Shown here in pieces: positions 37,601 to 50,803 of a stretch of 64,000 nucleotides of DNA (its first letter is position 1; each line of letters begins with the position of its first letter). The notes beneath the pieces were generated by a model. That model worked only from the letters and a program-made list of their open reading frames with translations. It had not been told where the DNA came from and did not search any database. Source of the stretch: Azolla caroliniana (Eukaryota > Plantae > Polypodiophyta); assembly GCA_043228905.1 (NCBI GenBank), contig JBHGNT010000011.1, positions 9,238,001 to 9,302,000 of the forward strand, in the 5' to 3' direction. Both the position numbers and the translations under genes were made by a program.

Positions 37601-40600
37601 TGTTAGACCAATAGTTACATCCATGTGAATCATATAGAATTCTTGTAAGATAAAGCAAAAATGAGATTGATTATAAACTATGTAGCTTTCCTATTTAACT
37701 AGGCCATGATCAATGTACATTGATATAGGAATTGTGTGTATAAGTAGTGGAAGTATATGATATACAAATTAAATAAATACATATCTAAGAGGTAGAATGT
37801 GAATGGACCAGTCCTTGAGTGCTTGAAATGTATTTGTGCTGTTCTACTCTGAGCATACATCGTGCCATTCCCAGAATGGTCTGATCATGCCATTTTACTA
37901 CCACAGCCTGTTGAGGATTAAACGGAGCTGTTAGCTGCTTTTCAAGTGAACCACCTAGAGAATTATGCTCAATCTCTGGCCACGATACTACGTATCATCT
38001 GATGCAAGCTACATCGTCTATGCAATAATCCCTGCATCCATGGGCACCTAGATAAACCATATTAACTGCTTGGTTAAGCAATAGCTTTCGGGCTCAGGCT
38101 CACAACAACATTGGGCTAAGTGATCAATGAAATAAATGGAGGTCCTAGGGCAAGTGCTTATGACAAGGGGCCCAAAAGCAATTTTTTCATAGAACAAAAA
38201 AAAAGTTAGATAGCCAATTAAGAGTAAATATGTGGGGCAGAAATTGGCCAAGAATGTAACAATAAGGAAACAAAAGGATATGAAGAGAAAATCAGTTTCT
38301 GATGTGGAGATGGACAGAAATGGTAGTTGCAGGACTCTACTATAATGTACACAATGAATCATTATGGTGTCAATGAAAGAGAAGAACACTAGGAGTGTAT
38401 AAAAAGGGGGATAATGCATAGCCATATCTCGAAGCCTAAAGTAAAAAATTCCCTCATTTTGTTTTTATATTCAGTCGTGAAATGTGTTTTTCCTGAGAAA
38501 AATGTCTTATAGATATGCTTCTGTTTGCTACTCTCAGCTTGCAAATGAGCTATACGTAAAGTATACTTTCCGTGTTCAGCTCCATGATTAAAACGTTAGA
38601 ATATGCTGTTTCCATGATTTTATATATGTAAATGTACATAATTCTTGTACTTCCATTTCTTTAGTTAGGGTTTAGGGTTTATGATTTACATTTTAAGATG
38701 TAATATATTATTTGGGCTTGTAGTCCATTTTAGCTTCTTAAAAGACACTAACATGTTTTTTTCTTTCTAGGAAGTAACTACTCGCAAAATTCTTTATGGA
38801 CTTGATGATATCAAGGATGGAATTGAGATCATTATTGTAAGCGTCCTATCCCAATCATTTTAAGAAACCAGATTATGTCTTTTGAAGATCTTGTTCCAGG
38901 TTGCACGAGAAGTTGATAAGCTAGCACTAGAGGAAGCTGGATTTCTGAACTGTGTGAGTGTACCTCATGTACCACATGGTGCACAAACAAAAGCTATTGA
39001 TAAGAAATCTAAATCTGAGGTGTGTAATCTATCATTTATATTTCCTTTTGAAATTCCTTAAGTAGTTATAGCATATGACATATGTGTCTATGATATCACA
39101 GTTCTGATTTTTATTGGCTTATTTCCGTATTGTATCATAGGATAAGGATTTTGAGTACCTCTGGAACTGTCAAGAATATTTGGTGAAGGTATGTTTATTA
39201 CCTTTAATAATTACCATGTATATGAAAAATGTATTTATGTGCATATGCTATTGTGCTATCTTTTGGTACAGGCTAGTAGAATTATTCTGGCAACTGGTTC
39301 AGACGATTATCTCAAAAGCCTTGCAGAGGAGCTTGCACGACGCATTGGCCGGGAGAGGTTAGTAGTGCAAATGAATCACTTTCTGCTATTGGATATGCAG
39401 ACACATTTCTGTTTTGAATTTCTAGGATCTTGAGTTATTATTCTTGTGGTCAGTAAACTTTTTAGTTAATGTTTCAAAATTAGATGCTGGCGTGTAAATT
39501 GGCCACTATATAAAGCTGGGGTGCCATGCAAAGATCCTCTTGAGGTTTCATTCTGTAGATAATCAAAAATTTTATTCCAAAGGGTGAATAGTGCCACATT
39601 CTTACATGTGCATGTTTTTGGGCTGATATACTAGGTGCTACAATTCAAGGGACGTAAAGCATTATCTGATATGATCGAGACTTCTGAGCTATATCCAATC
39701 CGGGGCCTCTTCCAGTTTTGCGACTTTGATAAAGAAATAGATGATTACTATCATGAACGATCAGGGAATGAGCAAGGTGTCTCAACTGGTTGGAAGTCAT
39801 TGGACTCTTTGTATAAGGTAATTATATTATAGCCCGAATAGCCGTCCTCTTATTCTCTGGAAGCACAGGTTAACTAACATAATGGATGATGATTAGTCTG
39901 AAAATGCCTTTGGGTTTCAGTATTTCTTTAAAGAGCCGAAGCATTTCCGAGTACTCAATGGTTCATCAGATCTCAAAATGTTCCAACTATATTTACTCTG
40001 TCACAGCATTATTTTCTCTGAATACCCTCAATTCTTCTAAGTTGTCATCATTTCCCCGAATATGTCTGTTCAATTGAGAAAGAGAAAAAGGGAATAAATT
40101 TACCATGTAATTGGGTTAAATAGCATATATTATTTACAAAGAAAGAAGGAAAGATATATTAATGTCTCTTAAGAGGCCAAAATGGCCTATAAGACCAAAC
40201 AAAAGATTACATCTTTAGAGAAAAGGAGTTAGTTTCCCGTATAATTAGTCAAACAGCACATTTAATTGCTTGAGCAAGGGATTTCCAGTTAGGTGTTATG
40301 TAATGTATAAGTATTGCTTTTGAATTTCCAAAAGAAGTAAATCAATATTTAAATCTGAAAGCAAGTTCAATCACAAGAATTTTACTCACAGTGCAATCCT
40401 CTTTATTCAGATTATTGCAACCAAGAATTGCATTTATTTAAGCATATATTAAGATTGGGGGAGAATAAAATGTCAATTGCTGTAGGTTGTTCCAGGGGAA
40501 CTTACACTGATTACGGGAGTACCTAGTTCAGGGAAGAGCGAATGGATCGATGCACTTTTATGCAATTTGAATAGGCAGAAGAATTGGTCATTTGCTTTAT

Positions 40601-43600
40601 GCTCAATGGAGAATCAGGTATTTTAATATGCAAAACTTAGTAGAAGAAATTGGTCAGTTACAAGCTGACAGCAGAGAGCAAGTGCACAATATTACTTATA
40701 TGGCATATTGCTTATTCTAGAGTCAGTATTTCAAACACTGTATATTCTTTTTACAACACATGAAGTTCATTTTATTTATGTTCTTCGTAAATTCTCTCGC
40801 TGAAGTTCTGTGAATCCACGCTTATTTGATCAAACTCATTGTTATATTGTTTCAATATTTCTAATCTAAGGTGAAAGAGCATGGAAGGAAGCTTCTTGAG
40901 AAATATTTGAGGAAGCCATTCTTTAATGCTATGTGGGTACTGCAGCCTAAAAGGCTGAATTTATTTCCCCATATCTTAGAATCATGTTCATAGTCATAAC
41001 GTGTTTCATCTTGAAGGAATGCCTCTCAGGTACTCAAATGGCATTAAAAGGATGAGCGCAAAAGATTATGAGCTTGGAAAAGCTTGGTTGGATAAAACTT
41101 TCTATTTGATAAGGTATGAAACACTATCATTTGGTAATCATGTTTGACTTGCATGTCTCAGCGTGATATTGTTGAACGTTTTGCTTTACCTCTCTTCTAT
41201 ATTCTGTAATTTTTTTGTTTGTGTTTTGAACAAAGGTCACATCTTATATTAATTTAATTTGAAAATCTTCTCTTCTATTTTGCTATCTATCTTCTATCTT
41301 CCCTAATTCCTAAACTTCTCAATAGAGAAATTATCTTCAATGTTGATAGATGAAAGTAAATAGATACATGTAAACAATCGTCAATGGTCATAACCTGATG
41401 CACTAGGGATATCTAGCTTATTATCTTATTTAAGAAGTGGTCTTGATATTTAGAGATGAATGTAACGAGGCCTTCTGTTCCAGCTCTTGTATATGGAACT
41501 ACCGAAAATTGTAAGTGCATGTATACATATCATTCCTGTAATATGAACCTGTCATTCATGAAAGAAATCATATAAATATGCTTGAATCTAAATAATGTGC
41601 ACTCTTCTCTAAGCAACAGAGATTTGGGGACTGGGCTTTTATAGGGCATGTAACTGGCAGATCTGGGGAGACCTTTAGTCTTGTCATTAAGGACCAAAGC
41701 ATCAGTGCTTCATCATATATCCACCCAGAGTTACTCCAAACCCCAATATTGAGCAAGGCATTATTCCAATCAGTGACTAGTATCCAATGTATCTGGGAGC
41801 TCCCTAAGCCAAGGTAATGGAGTTGGTACTTATGCCATAAAATTTGCTTGCTGAACATGAGATTAATCATTTGGTTTCAGTCACATGGCATAAGTATAAA
41901 CCCACTGCTTCCATTCCACTATAGATTGGATTGTCCATACCTAAAGATGATCAAAGTGGAAAAGAATAGAGTGATTTGAACTGATGTCGTTAAATAAGAT
42001 CGTGAAAGAACATGGATTAACCCCATACTATATCTTGGTATGAAGATGTTCTACTATAAGGACTCAATTTACACATGTTGCAAGATGGATTTATAATTAG
42101 GTCTTGTATGGATACACATCTATGGCTGCTCAAGACCTCTTCATCGGGTAGACCTTGAGATAGGCAGATAATCTATTGAAGAATGATTACGCAAATTGTG
42201 CTATTGGGCAACGGGGATGGAAGGAACATTTTTCTACCATTGTGCTATTTATGAGATAAGAGGGAAATACAACTACCTCATTAAACAACTCTTTTTTGCT
42301 CCATTATACAAGGTGATATTATATGAAGACCAATGGTGATTGGGATTGTTCTTACAACCACAACAAATCATCAATAAAGAACTATCATGACTTTTTGTAG
42401 CTCCATCACTCCCCATGCTACAAGTCAAAGAAGGGCTGCATAGGTGGGGTCTCAACCAAGATATTCGAAAGGGATTGCAGTAGATTGGGTAGTAGAAATG
42501 TCTCATGTATGAAGGCCACAAACATCTAGACCACAATCATGTTACCCTTGTCATTGTCAAATATGGCCATTATCACCCGGCATCAAAGGTGCTTCCCTTG
42601 GAGGTTTCTCTATACTGGACTCAAATCACGTTGGATATTCTGAAGGCTATCTAACTTTAGAATCTTAGTTACTTATATTTTTTAGTAACCTATGTTTAAT
42701 CATTCTTTCTTGGTTTTCTGTTCACAAAATCTACACAACATTTTAATATGTAATCTTTTACTCAATCTTATAAGCCGTTCTGACCTCTTCAAAGATGTTA
42801 ATGTATATAAATTTTCTTTCTTGATAAAACTAATCTTATGCTGTTCTGAAAGATGAGACAACATTTTAAGATATAATCTCTTGTTTGGTCTTAGAGGCCA
42901 TTTTTGCCTCTAAAACAATGTTAATATATCTTTCTTTCTTTCTTTCTCATTGTTCCGATCAGTGACATTTATCCAACGTCTTTGGGAGCTCCCTAAATGA
43001 AGGTACCCAAGGTTGGCACTTATGTCATCAAGACAACTGGCTGAAAATGGAGACACTCATTGTAGGTATGCTGAAATGCAGCAATGGTTTGAGTCACATG
43101 GCACGAGTATAAATGCACTACCCCCGTTCCAATATAGACTGGATTGTCCCCATCTAAATATGACCAAAGTGGAAAAGAATAGAGTGATCCGAACTGATAT
43201 TATTAACTTGGAAAATAAGATAACATGGATCACTATCCAATGCGATGCGTAGTGTGATAGGGCAGCTGCGAACTTCATCACATCAACTACAGATTGAGGT
43301 AGGCAGATATACACGACTACCTCTAGAAGAGAGAATTTGCCAATTGTGTTATCAAGGAGTGGAATCTGAAGAACACTATGTTTATCATTGTAGTGTCTTT
43401 TATGAAATCCGAGGGAGATACCATTGCCTCTTTAAACAAGGCTTTGGCCCACTACGCAAGGTAATGGAATATGAGGACCAACGATGCCTAGGACTTTTCT
43501 TACTAGAGCTCAAGAGACATCAGGAAAAGTTGTTGAAGTATACAACCACACAAGCTCATCCACAAAGAACAATCACAACTTTCTTTAGCCCCATCACTCC

Positions 43601-46600
43601 TACTAATTCTACAAGGCTATCAAAGGATACACAAATGGGCTCCTGATCAAGACATAACAAAGAGGTTACAATATATTGGGCAATGGCAATTTCCCGTGCA
43701 CATAGGCCCCGGCCCCATGGACCACGACCTTGACACCCTTGTCATCGACAAGTAAAAGCCATTATCTCCTGCCATCGTAGGTGTTCCCTCGCTTTGGAAG
43801 CATTTCCATTCAGGATCGACCTATGTGAGAGATCTTTCGAAGACAAAAGCTACAATATACCTAGCTTGAGAATCTCACGTGTGCCAAAAACCAGATTCCC
43901 TCGTTTCTTTTCTTTTCATCTTATTTACGTTTATATTTACTGTGTAATATTTATTTTATTTTGATTTGTTCTTAAAGACGAGACAACACTTAAGATGTAA
44001 TCTCTTGTTTGGTCTTATAGGCCATTTTGGCCTCTTAAAAGACGTTAATATATCTTTCTTTCTTTCTCAAGAATGGATTTCAAGATCAGAACCCAAATTG
44101 TTATCAAGATAGGACAACATTTCATACCCATGATCCTATACATACCTGGGACTAACAAAATTAGAATATTACATTGCAAACATCAATCCTGAATGTTAGG
44201 TTTTACAAGGCAAGGCCTATTGATCTTATTGAACCTTTTCTCTCGTAGAGACCTAACACTCCACAATCTATCGCACAACCTCGGTATGAAGTTGCAGTAT
44301 GGCATCTAAATCATCCAAGTATTAAGGCATGTAAGGTACAGAAGGAAGGGCTAGTAGAGAATGAGTATCAATTGCTTTTTTACATGCTTTGCATATAGTG
44401 CAATTCGTGAAAACTATGATGACATATTAAGAGGGGAGATGACTTGAGTGTCACATTAAATAGAACATTTGGAAGGTTGATATCATATGTGTTTGCCTTC
44501 TTCACACATTGAGACTTGTGCTTTGAAGCATAAATATCCCTTTTTAGGAAGGAGACAGACATCAAGGAAATTTGTGCACTTAGGTCCCAAGGGTCAATAT
44601 TGGCCTCTCTATGCACGCTAAAAAATATCTAATCTAATTTAATCTACTACTGGTCAGTGAATATCGGAGCCCTTGTACCAACATTGCGGCCTTCTCGTTT
44701 CATGTAAGTCTCCATGAGGGCCTTGTTTTAGAAATGACTCCACAAAAATATCCTGATGGAGGATAAAATCTTTAAATCCGTTACGTGGTGGTTCTAATAG
44801 AGATTCAGTGGATAACATAAAAAGAGATTGAAGATGACAGTAGAGTGTGAGGAGGAGATCCTTGTGTTTCAATGTAGGCATCCTACAAATGACGACCACA
44901 TTGTGTCAAGGTGTTGTAGGTTTTCTACAGCACCTCATGTTTTCCTATCCAGCCACAATTCTTTGACTAACAAAGCCCGTGCGCCTTACTCAAAATGCCA
45001 ATCCCTGGCAATGAACTCTCCTTCTCCTTATATAGGTTTAAGAGCCAATCTACTTGTAGCATGAGCTGCCCCTTGTCCCCTACACTCAACTTTTGTAAAA
45101 TTGAATTCCTACAATCATTTTACCACTTTCCTCATTCCTATATAGTGCAAATTGTAAATTACCATTTCTCCCTTTTATTGTAAAAGAGGGGGCCAGGCAT
45201 TGCTACAGAAACCTGAATATGAACATATAGAAATATAAATATCACAACAAATTGACTAAAGCCAAATCGTAACGATTGAGCTTGTAAAATATAAGGTGCA
45301 AAAAATGAATATCTGTTGGTGTGTTATAGGGTAGGTAAGCATTTAATGCTGAAAATAGGTGCCCCTTTCTTTGTAAAAGAGGGTAACAGGGCTCATTTTT
45401 GGGCTCTTCATTTTTTGGCGTTTTCGGGGGTTCGGGAGCACGCCTAGCAAGTATAGCTATACAAATATTACTATATGTTGATATTGGGCTGATTTCTGAC
45501 TCTCCAGAGGGACTACAAAGATATCTAAATGCCTTAAAGCTATTTTGTACGGACAAAGGTTTATCAATAAACATAGATAAAACTAAATTGATAGTGTTTC
45601 ACACCACTCAAGCATGGGTAACAAGATCAGAACCAGAATTCTTCTTGGGAAAGGAAATGGTGGAATACATACGCTCCTATACATACCTAGGAGTAACATT
45701 TACAAGGCCTAGGTTCTCCTTATGGGAGGTTGCTTGCACCCAACTTTCTCGTGGATAGGCAGCCTGGATATGCAGCCCTTGGTGCTCTCAAGAGATAATG
45801 TGCACATTTGCAGTTCCAAGAGCCACAAACTAAGCTGTTGTTATTTGGTACACTTGTCACACCAACTCTTCTCTATGGAGTAAAACATGAGGACTGAGTC
45901 TTAACAAGACAAATCATTGGAAAGATTTAGAGACCTTTAGTGTCAATGATTGCCCGCATGATAAGGAGCAAAGCATTGGTGCCTCATGATATAATCCGGG
46001 CAGAGATGGGAGCAACACCTATAATCACCAAGGCATTGTTCTGATCAATGACACGTTTCCAATGTCTATGGGAGCTCCCTAAAAGAATGTACCCAAGGTT
46101 GGCACTTACATCATCAAGACACTTGCTGAAAATGGAGACATTCATTGCTGGTATGCTGAAATCCGGCAATGGTTCAAGTTACATGGCATGAGTATAAATG
46201 CACTACCCCCGTTCCAATATAGCTTGAATTGTTCCCATCTGAATATGACCAAAGTGGAAAAGAATAGAGTGATCCGAATTGATATTATTAACTTGGAAAA
46301 CAAGATAACATAGGTCAGCCCCAAAATATCACTTGGTTTGAAGATGGCCCACTATAAGACACACCGTCTTATACCCATTGGAGGATGTATTCATCATTAG
46401 GCCACCTTATATGAACATACATCTATCCTATGCGCTGCACAATGTGATAGGGCAGCTGCGAACTTCTTTACTTCAGTTACAGATTGAGGTAGGCAGATAT
46501 ACATGAATAGCTCTAGAAGAAAGAATTTGCCAATTGTGTCATCAAGGAGTGGAATCTGAAGAACGCTATGTTTGTCATTCTTTTATGAAATCAAAGGGAG

Positions 46601-49600
46601 ATACCATTGCCTCTTTAAACAAGGCTTTGGCCCACTAGGGAAGGTAATGGAATATGAGGACCAACAATGCGTAGGACTTTTCTTGCGAGAACTCAAGAGA
46701 CGTAGGGAAAAGTTGTTGAAGGACAATAATACAACACACAAGCTCATCCACAAATAAAAGTCACAACTTTCGTTAGCCCCATCACTCCTACTAATGCTAC
46801 AAGTCTATCAAAAGATACACAAATGGGCTCCTGACCAGGACATAACAAAGAGGTTACAATAGAATGGGCAATACAATTTGTTGTGCACGTAGGCCCCGGC
46901 CCCAAGGACATGATCTCAGCACCCTTATCATGTACAGATAAAGGCCATTATCTCCCGCCATCGTAGGTGCTTCCCTTGCTTCGGAGACCTCTCCATTTTG
47001 AATCGACCTATGCTAGAGATCTTTCGAATACAAAAGTTACAATATATCTTACTTGAGAATCTCACTTGTAGCCAAAATCAGATTCCCTTGGCTCTTGTTA
47101 TCTTATTTACTATTATATTTGCTGAGTAATATTGATTTTATTTTGATTTGTTGTTCTTAAAGATGAGAACACTTGAGATGTAATCTCTTGTTTGGTCTTA
47201 TAGGCCATTTTGGCCTCTTAAAAGACGTTAATATATCTTTCTTTCTTTCTTCAAAAATTTGAGGTCTTCTTCTTCCTCGCATTCTTCATTTCACTTGAGA
47301 TGGTAAGTTCTTCTTCTTCTTCTTGTAGAGTGATTCAGGCTTTGGTGGGTGGAGAGTGGAGTTGGACCATTCTGGTGGTACATTGATACCAAGATACGTA
47401 AAGTTTTGCATATATTATAGATGTTCTTCCTTAGGAGGGATTTCCCTCCTCCCTTTCCAGCTCACACAATGGCTTTACGAGGGATAAGCACATAAAATTA
47501 AGACGATATTTGCGATTAAGTCCAAAAGAATCTTTATTTGTAACAGAAAATCCCCTTTACATAATTGGGTTTGCAACGGTTCTCAAAGTGGCTATATTGG
47601 TGGCAAGAAATGTGTACAAAATGTTACCATTAAAATGAACTGGCGACTAATCGATGAGGATCAAAACTTCGTATTCTTCGACAGGCCTGCCTCTTATTGA
47701 TGTGGGAAGCTTTGTGCCACTTCAAAATCCCTTCCTTGACCACTAGCTATGCCTCTCTCCTCCAAACAGGGACAGTAGCCTTGACATTCTCTGAACCATA
47801 ATAGAAATTATAAGCGTTGCCTCAGGACTTCAAGCTAGATGGAAAAGTTAGTATATGTTGGAAATTCAATGTAACTAGAGTGATGCTCATGGATGGCACG
47901 TGAAACTAATCTTTTTCAATGCCATAGTAACACAAGTTTTGCTTTATGGAGTAGAAGTGTGGGGAGGCACTATCCTCTTAATGCATGGAATGAGATTCTG
48001 AAGATTTAAAAGATGTTTTTAAGGAGACAATTGGGAGCTAAATCCACTACCTCGTATTAGGTTATGCTATTGGAAAGAAATGTTTGACTTATCGAGACAT
48101 TGGCGGGAAAAGAGTCTATGGATGCATTACAAAAGTCAAGAATATGCCAAATCATAGATTACCACATGTTTCTTGGATTGTTTGATGTAAACTACAAGAG
48201 AAAAATTCTGTCATCCAGTTAGGTAGTTAACAATAAAAAATGGTTCATAAGATTGGATGTTGAATATCTATTACATCTTTAAGTGATGCTATGAAATATG
48301 TAGTTATGGAAGAAAGGTTAATGAAACCACTAAGGGAGAAGTGTGAATATGGCAAACAGACCAAATTAGAAGATTGCAAACATCACTTTGATTTCAATAT
48401 AAGGCAAGAAGGCCCATTGATGTATTCAACCTTATCTCATTACTAACATGGGTATTAACTCTCATAGACTCCTGACATTCCTTTGCACTCAATGACACAA
48501 CTTGGTATTGAAGTTACATTATGGCATCAAAATTGTCAAATATAAATGCATGTATGGTATGCAAGGAATGGCTAGTAGAGGATGAGTATCAATTGCTTTT
48601 TACATGCTCCCCATATGGTGCAATTCATGAAAGCTATGATGACATATTAAGAGGGGTGATGACTTGATTGTCACACTAAAGAGAACACTTACAAGGTTGA
48701 GCTCATATATTTATGCCTTATTCACAAACCAAGACTTTGTGCTTTGATGTCCGAATAGAGGAAACACACATCAAGAAAACTTGTGTACTTAGGTGTCATA
48801 GGTCAATATTGGCCTCTCTATGGATGCTAAAATGTATCTAATCATAAAGAACAAAAGAAAGAAATATTAATATTGAGAACCACATTAATGAAAAGTATAA
48901 TATTACAATTTTTTCTATCGCTACTCGTTTTAGCGTTTTACAAATGCTTTCTGTTTTTGTCATTTTACTGTTTCATGCAACCAAGATTCAGCATAATGTT
49001 GATAGTGTGGAGTCGAGGAATTTTCTCCTTGTAGCAATTAAATCAGCACATGGTTAATTGCAATCCCGGTGTAGAAACAGGTCAAGGTGAAAGGTGAAAG
49101 CATTGTAAGGCTGAGAAAAGAATGTATGTATACTTCCTTAAAAAAGTGAGGTTGACAAGAGAGATACCCTCCACCTATTTCAGTTCAAATATAGTTTGTC
49201 ATATAGCTCTTCCCATTGGGTAAGCACATCATTTATGTGATATTCCTTGGAGTGGAGGAATCATAGTTGTGTGCTTGACTAATACAACCTTATTCTTTGG
49301 GGGTACTTGTAAGCCATGTAGATGATCGATAATCAGTAGTGAATTTGGAGCAATAATGTGCAAGCACTAAGAGGCAATTTCAACGTCTAGGTTTTCTTAG
49401 TCGCAATGTGTTAGTTATTTGTTTCTTAAGAAGTCATGATGCATTACATAGAATGCACTATGTGTGGCTTTTCTTTATATCCGTTTGAATCATGCATAAT
49501 ATTTACATCTTCAATTATATATAATAAAGTTTTTTCTCTTAGCCCTTTGCTCGATACGGAACCCAAACATGGTTTGAATGTTATGCTGAAATTAAATCCA

Positions 49601-50803
49601 TTATACCTCTACCATAAGGATATGATTTGTTATAGTTTTATGCAGATGTGAAGATGATGAACTTCCTTCAATTCAGTGGGTATTGGATGTTGCAAAATCT
49701 GCAGTCATGAGATATGGAATACGAGGTCTTGTAATTGACCCATACAATGAACTCGATCATCAGCGGCCTGCAAACATGTAGCAGATTCTTGTATTACTGA
49801 GAACATTGTTGAGTTTTTGAGCATGCATTCAGTTTTTATCATTGTTTGGCATGCATAGACTTTTTTATCAACTCGCACAGCTAATTTTCAGGACAGAGAC
49901 GGAATATGTCAGCCAAATTCTTACGAAGATCAAACGTTTTGCTCAGCATCATGAATGTCATGTTTGGTTTGTTGCACACCCAAAACAGGTATATACATTA
50001 GTGATTGCTATTTTGTGGACTTTTTGTTTTTGTAGAGTTATTTCAGGCATTACTTGAACTATGATGGTTGGCCAGTTACAAGCATGGAGGGGAGATGCTC
50101 CAAGCCTCTATGATATCAGCGGGAGTGCACATTTTGTAAACAAATGTGATGTCGGCCTTGTGGTGCATCGCAATAGAGATCCTGATAAAGGCCCAGTTGA
50201 TCAAGTTCAGGTGTTTGTGTGGTACTTGAGATCTAAGATGAACAATTTTTTCTGACCTAACGAAAACATAACCTTTATATGGAGATGCATGCATATTTTA
50301 CAGATCATTGTTCGGAAAGTACGAAATAAGGCTGCAGGCACAGTTGGTGATGCCATCCTGGACTATGACAGGTATACTACTTGCATCCTTCGATTAGAGG
50401 CTGTCAAATAGTATATGAATAATCTATTATCTCCTTGCATCCTTCGATTATAGCCTGTCAAATAAAGACTGTAGTTCAAAATTTTGAGATGAATTTTAGA
50501 GAGAACCAACTGTGTTCAAAGCCTTACTAATTTAAGGGAACTTGATTGATTTGATTATCGGACCTTACTAGAGATTAATGTTTAAATATTAATACTGCAC
50601 TAATTGAAGAGAACTTCATTGATTCTATAACAGGATCTTACTAATTTAAGAGATTTAAATGTAACAAATCTTTGATAGTCATATTGTGTTTTGTATTTAG
50701 TTATGGTATATATACAGGAGTTTTTTGTAGGACTGTGATCCTTATGTTTATCTTAATTTGATGAAATTGCAGAGCCACTGGGGAATACAAGGATTATAGA
50801 TAA
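22695..50803 (+). CDS. TWINKLE: Organellar Twinkle (T7 gp4-like primase-helicase) homolog, 21 exons, about 669 aa; primase catalytic motifs degenerate
   Basis: Exons: 22695-22902, 35507-35619, 35706-35761, 35842-35899, 35971-36075, 37247-37330, 37440-37520, 38771-38836, 38900-39019, 39141-39188, 39272-39357, 39484-39544, 39635-39817, 40486-40617, 40871-40932, 41030-41113, 49646-49777, 49892-49988, 50076-50210, 50304-50371, 50773-50803. All GT-AG and phase-consistent, 2010 nt total. Zn finger CPMC...CFRGKC, ILYGLDD, Walker A GVPSSGKS, SMEN, LVIDPYNE, VAHP, YDISGSAHF, KVRN. Exon 1 (transit-peptide-like) is assigned by composition and phase match, so it is less certain. Confidence 0.93.
23915..24366 (+). 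mobile_element. LINE reverse-transcriptase fragment in Twinkle intron 1
   Basis: QTGFWKGFTTLDHILTL...CCFVDF*KAFD...GVKQGCPLSPTL, which are non-LTR RT motifs. Confidence 0.9.
28931..29382 (-). mobile_element. Solo LTR (452 bp) inserted in the Copia RT
   Basis: TGTGAG...CCAACA termini with flanking GACCG/GACCA (4 of 5 TSD match). It interrupts KHNTD|VNRFKARL. TATAAATAGGC on the minus strand. Confidence 0.85.
32745..32912. repeat. 42-bp tandem repeat, 4 copies, inside the Copia 5' LTR
   Basis: ACACTCGACAACTACAYGGATTACAATAAAGTGTGCTCTCAC x4. Only one copy in the other LTR (about 27147-27188). Confidence 0.95.
33670..34300 (+). mobile_element. LINE family A 3' fragment
   Basis: [18 protein letters not shown] and the family 3' end with TCTTTCTTTCT tail. 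Confidence 0.85.
40141..40216 (-). mobile_element. Very short LINE family A 3' end
   Basis: Reverse complement of GATGTAATCTTTTGTTTGGTCTTATAGGCCATTTTGGCCTCTTAAG...TATATCTTTCC. Confidence 0.8.
41570..44068 (+). mobile_element. Three head-to-tail LINE family A fragments (about 41570-42820 diverged; 42840-42946; 42947-44068)
   Basis: Three successive copies of the family 3' terminus. IGQLRTSSHQLQIEVGRY...[20 protein letters not shown] in ORF 43245-43646. Confidence 0.85.
44070..44645 (+). mobile_element. LINE family B 3' fragment
   Basis: Shares GCTAGTAGAG.ATGAGTATCAATTGCTTTTTACATGC...GTCAATATTGGCCTCTCTATG with 48570-48843 and ends in an (AATCT)n-like tail. Confidence 0.7.
45400..47250 (+). 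mobile_element. LINE family A, RT C-terminal half to 3' tail
   Basis: ILLYVDI...GLQRYLNAL...INIDKTK...YTYLGVTF, Cys/His motif, and (TTTC)n tail at about 47237-47250. Confidence 0.9.
47660..48843 (+). mobile_element. LINE family B fragment
   Basis: Degenerate VLLYGVEVWGGT...MFLRRQLG post-RT region; the 3' end matches 44290-44640. Confidence 0.7.
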
